From positions 1,933,539-1,997,538 of the forward strand of contig MU004235.1 in assembly GCA_010405405.1 (NCBI GenBank): DNA of 64,000 nucleotides, given 5' to 3'. Every line of letters starts with the position of its first letter. Positions within the stretch are counted from its first letter, which is position 1. This stretch comes from Microthyrium microscopicum. Lineage: Eukaryota. The notes beneath the pieces were generated by a model. That model was not told where the DNA came from. It saw only the letters and a list, made by a program, of their open reading frames with translations, and did no database searches. A program made the position numbers and the translations under genes. Shown in pieces: positions 63,359 through 64,000 of the stretch.

Positions 63359-63809
63359 TATATAAAGAACGTCGAGGATGAGATCTATTCTCAAGATGCT
63401 AAATACCCGAGTACTGTGAAGTTACCTACTGAGTTTCAGTGAATAGATATACCAAAAGCGGGTAGGTGGACAGGCTAGAAGAAACTGATGAGTGACCACA
63501 TGAAGTCACTATTCCCGCTGGATATTTGGTGCGAAATGTTTGTTACTTTAATATTATAGATGAAGACAACATCTGAGGTAGATGAAATGCTTTGAAGAGA
63601 GGTACGTAAGCGCTAAGAAGGCGTTTCATGACTCTCATTTTTATTCCCGAATCCAGTAACGTTGACAAATGACTCGTGAGATCCTCTCATCAATCCCTTT
63701 TGTGTAGCTACCACGCTGAAGGACATTGACCTCAAACTCTGCGCCGTCTCATTTCTAGCTAGTAGCGACTAAGTATTCAAGTACGTTGCGTCGTTGTTCG
63801 AAGGCTCTG

Positions 63810-64000
63810 TTACTTGTGTTCGTCCTCCTCTTCGTCGACAGGTTCCAGCTCATCAATCTTTCTCTTCAGCTTAGCCTGTCTTTTGCCCTCAGCCTTAAGA
63901 TACGGACACAGCAAGCTACAAAAGCGATCTTGGCACAGAGGGCAACCGCGTGGCCAAGGCTTGTCCTCTAGGAAACATGGTTAGATCAAATTCTAATGCT
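63810..64000 (-). CDS. WPRxCPLC array unit Q (last exon; gene continues beyond the window)
   Basis: Acceptor TTCCTAG then EDKPWPRGCPLCQDRFCSLLCPYLKAEGKRQAKLKRKIDE...*. Confidence 0.75.

Noticed and set aside
46986..64000. Reading the periodic conserved motif as a CRISPR-like or non-coding repeat array
   Set aside because: The units vary at synonymous positions, keep frame with splice sites and are about 1 kb apart; conservation is at the protein level in a eukaryotic genome
46986..64000. Array as secreted Cys-rich effectors or RiPP precursors
   Set aside because: No hydrophobic signal peptides, no Kex2-delimited core repeats and no DUF3328/UstY-like genes seen in the window
46986..64000. 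Retroelement Gag zinc knuckle or transposase fragments
   Set aside because: Spacing is not C-x2-C-x4-H-x4-C; no RT, integrase or DDE motifs, LTRs or TIRs around the units; the genes have introns
1..64000. tRNA or rRNA genes
   Set aside because: None recognised by eye; tRNAscan-SE/Infernal were not run, so small RNAs may be missed

Overview
Intron-containing genomic DNA from a filamentous ascomycete (GT-AG introns of about 50 nt with CTAAC/CTGAC branch points, fungal Zn2Cys6, GH7, GH72, TIM23, MND1 and PRP39 genes). A conserved core (about 20-42 kb: PRP39, metallophosphoesterase, GH7, GH72, F-box, TIM23, secreted Pro-rich protein, MND1, lactose/cellodextrin permease) is flanked by accessory regions undergoing gene birth and death. 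On the left are a diverged paralogue pair (6.7-10 kb) and a head-to-tail array of six genes with an F-box-like N-terminal motif (10.8-19.6 kb), about half of them disrupted. On the right, after a TIR-bounded AT-rich element and an F-box gene, is the most striking feature, largely invisible in the ORF track. From 46,986 to beyond the window end there are about 17 co-oriented minus-strand units spaced about 1 kb apart. Each has a hypervariable first exon that usually retains a C-S motif, then a conserved phase-1 intron, then a short exon encoding W-P-R-x-C-P-L-C-Q-x3-C-x3-C-P-Y-L-[KR] and a charged tail. About 10 units look intact and about 7 are decayed. I do not recognise this family. Gene models were spliced by eye and coordinates may be off by a few bases.
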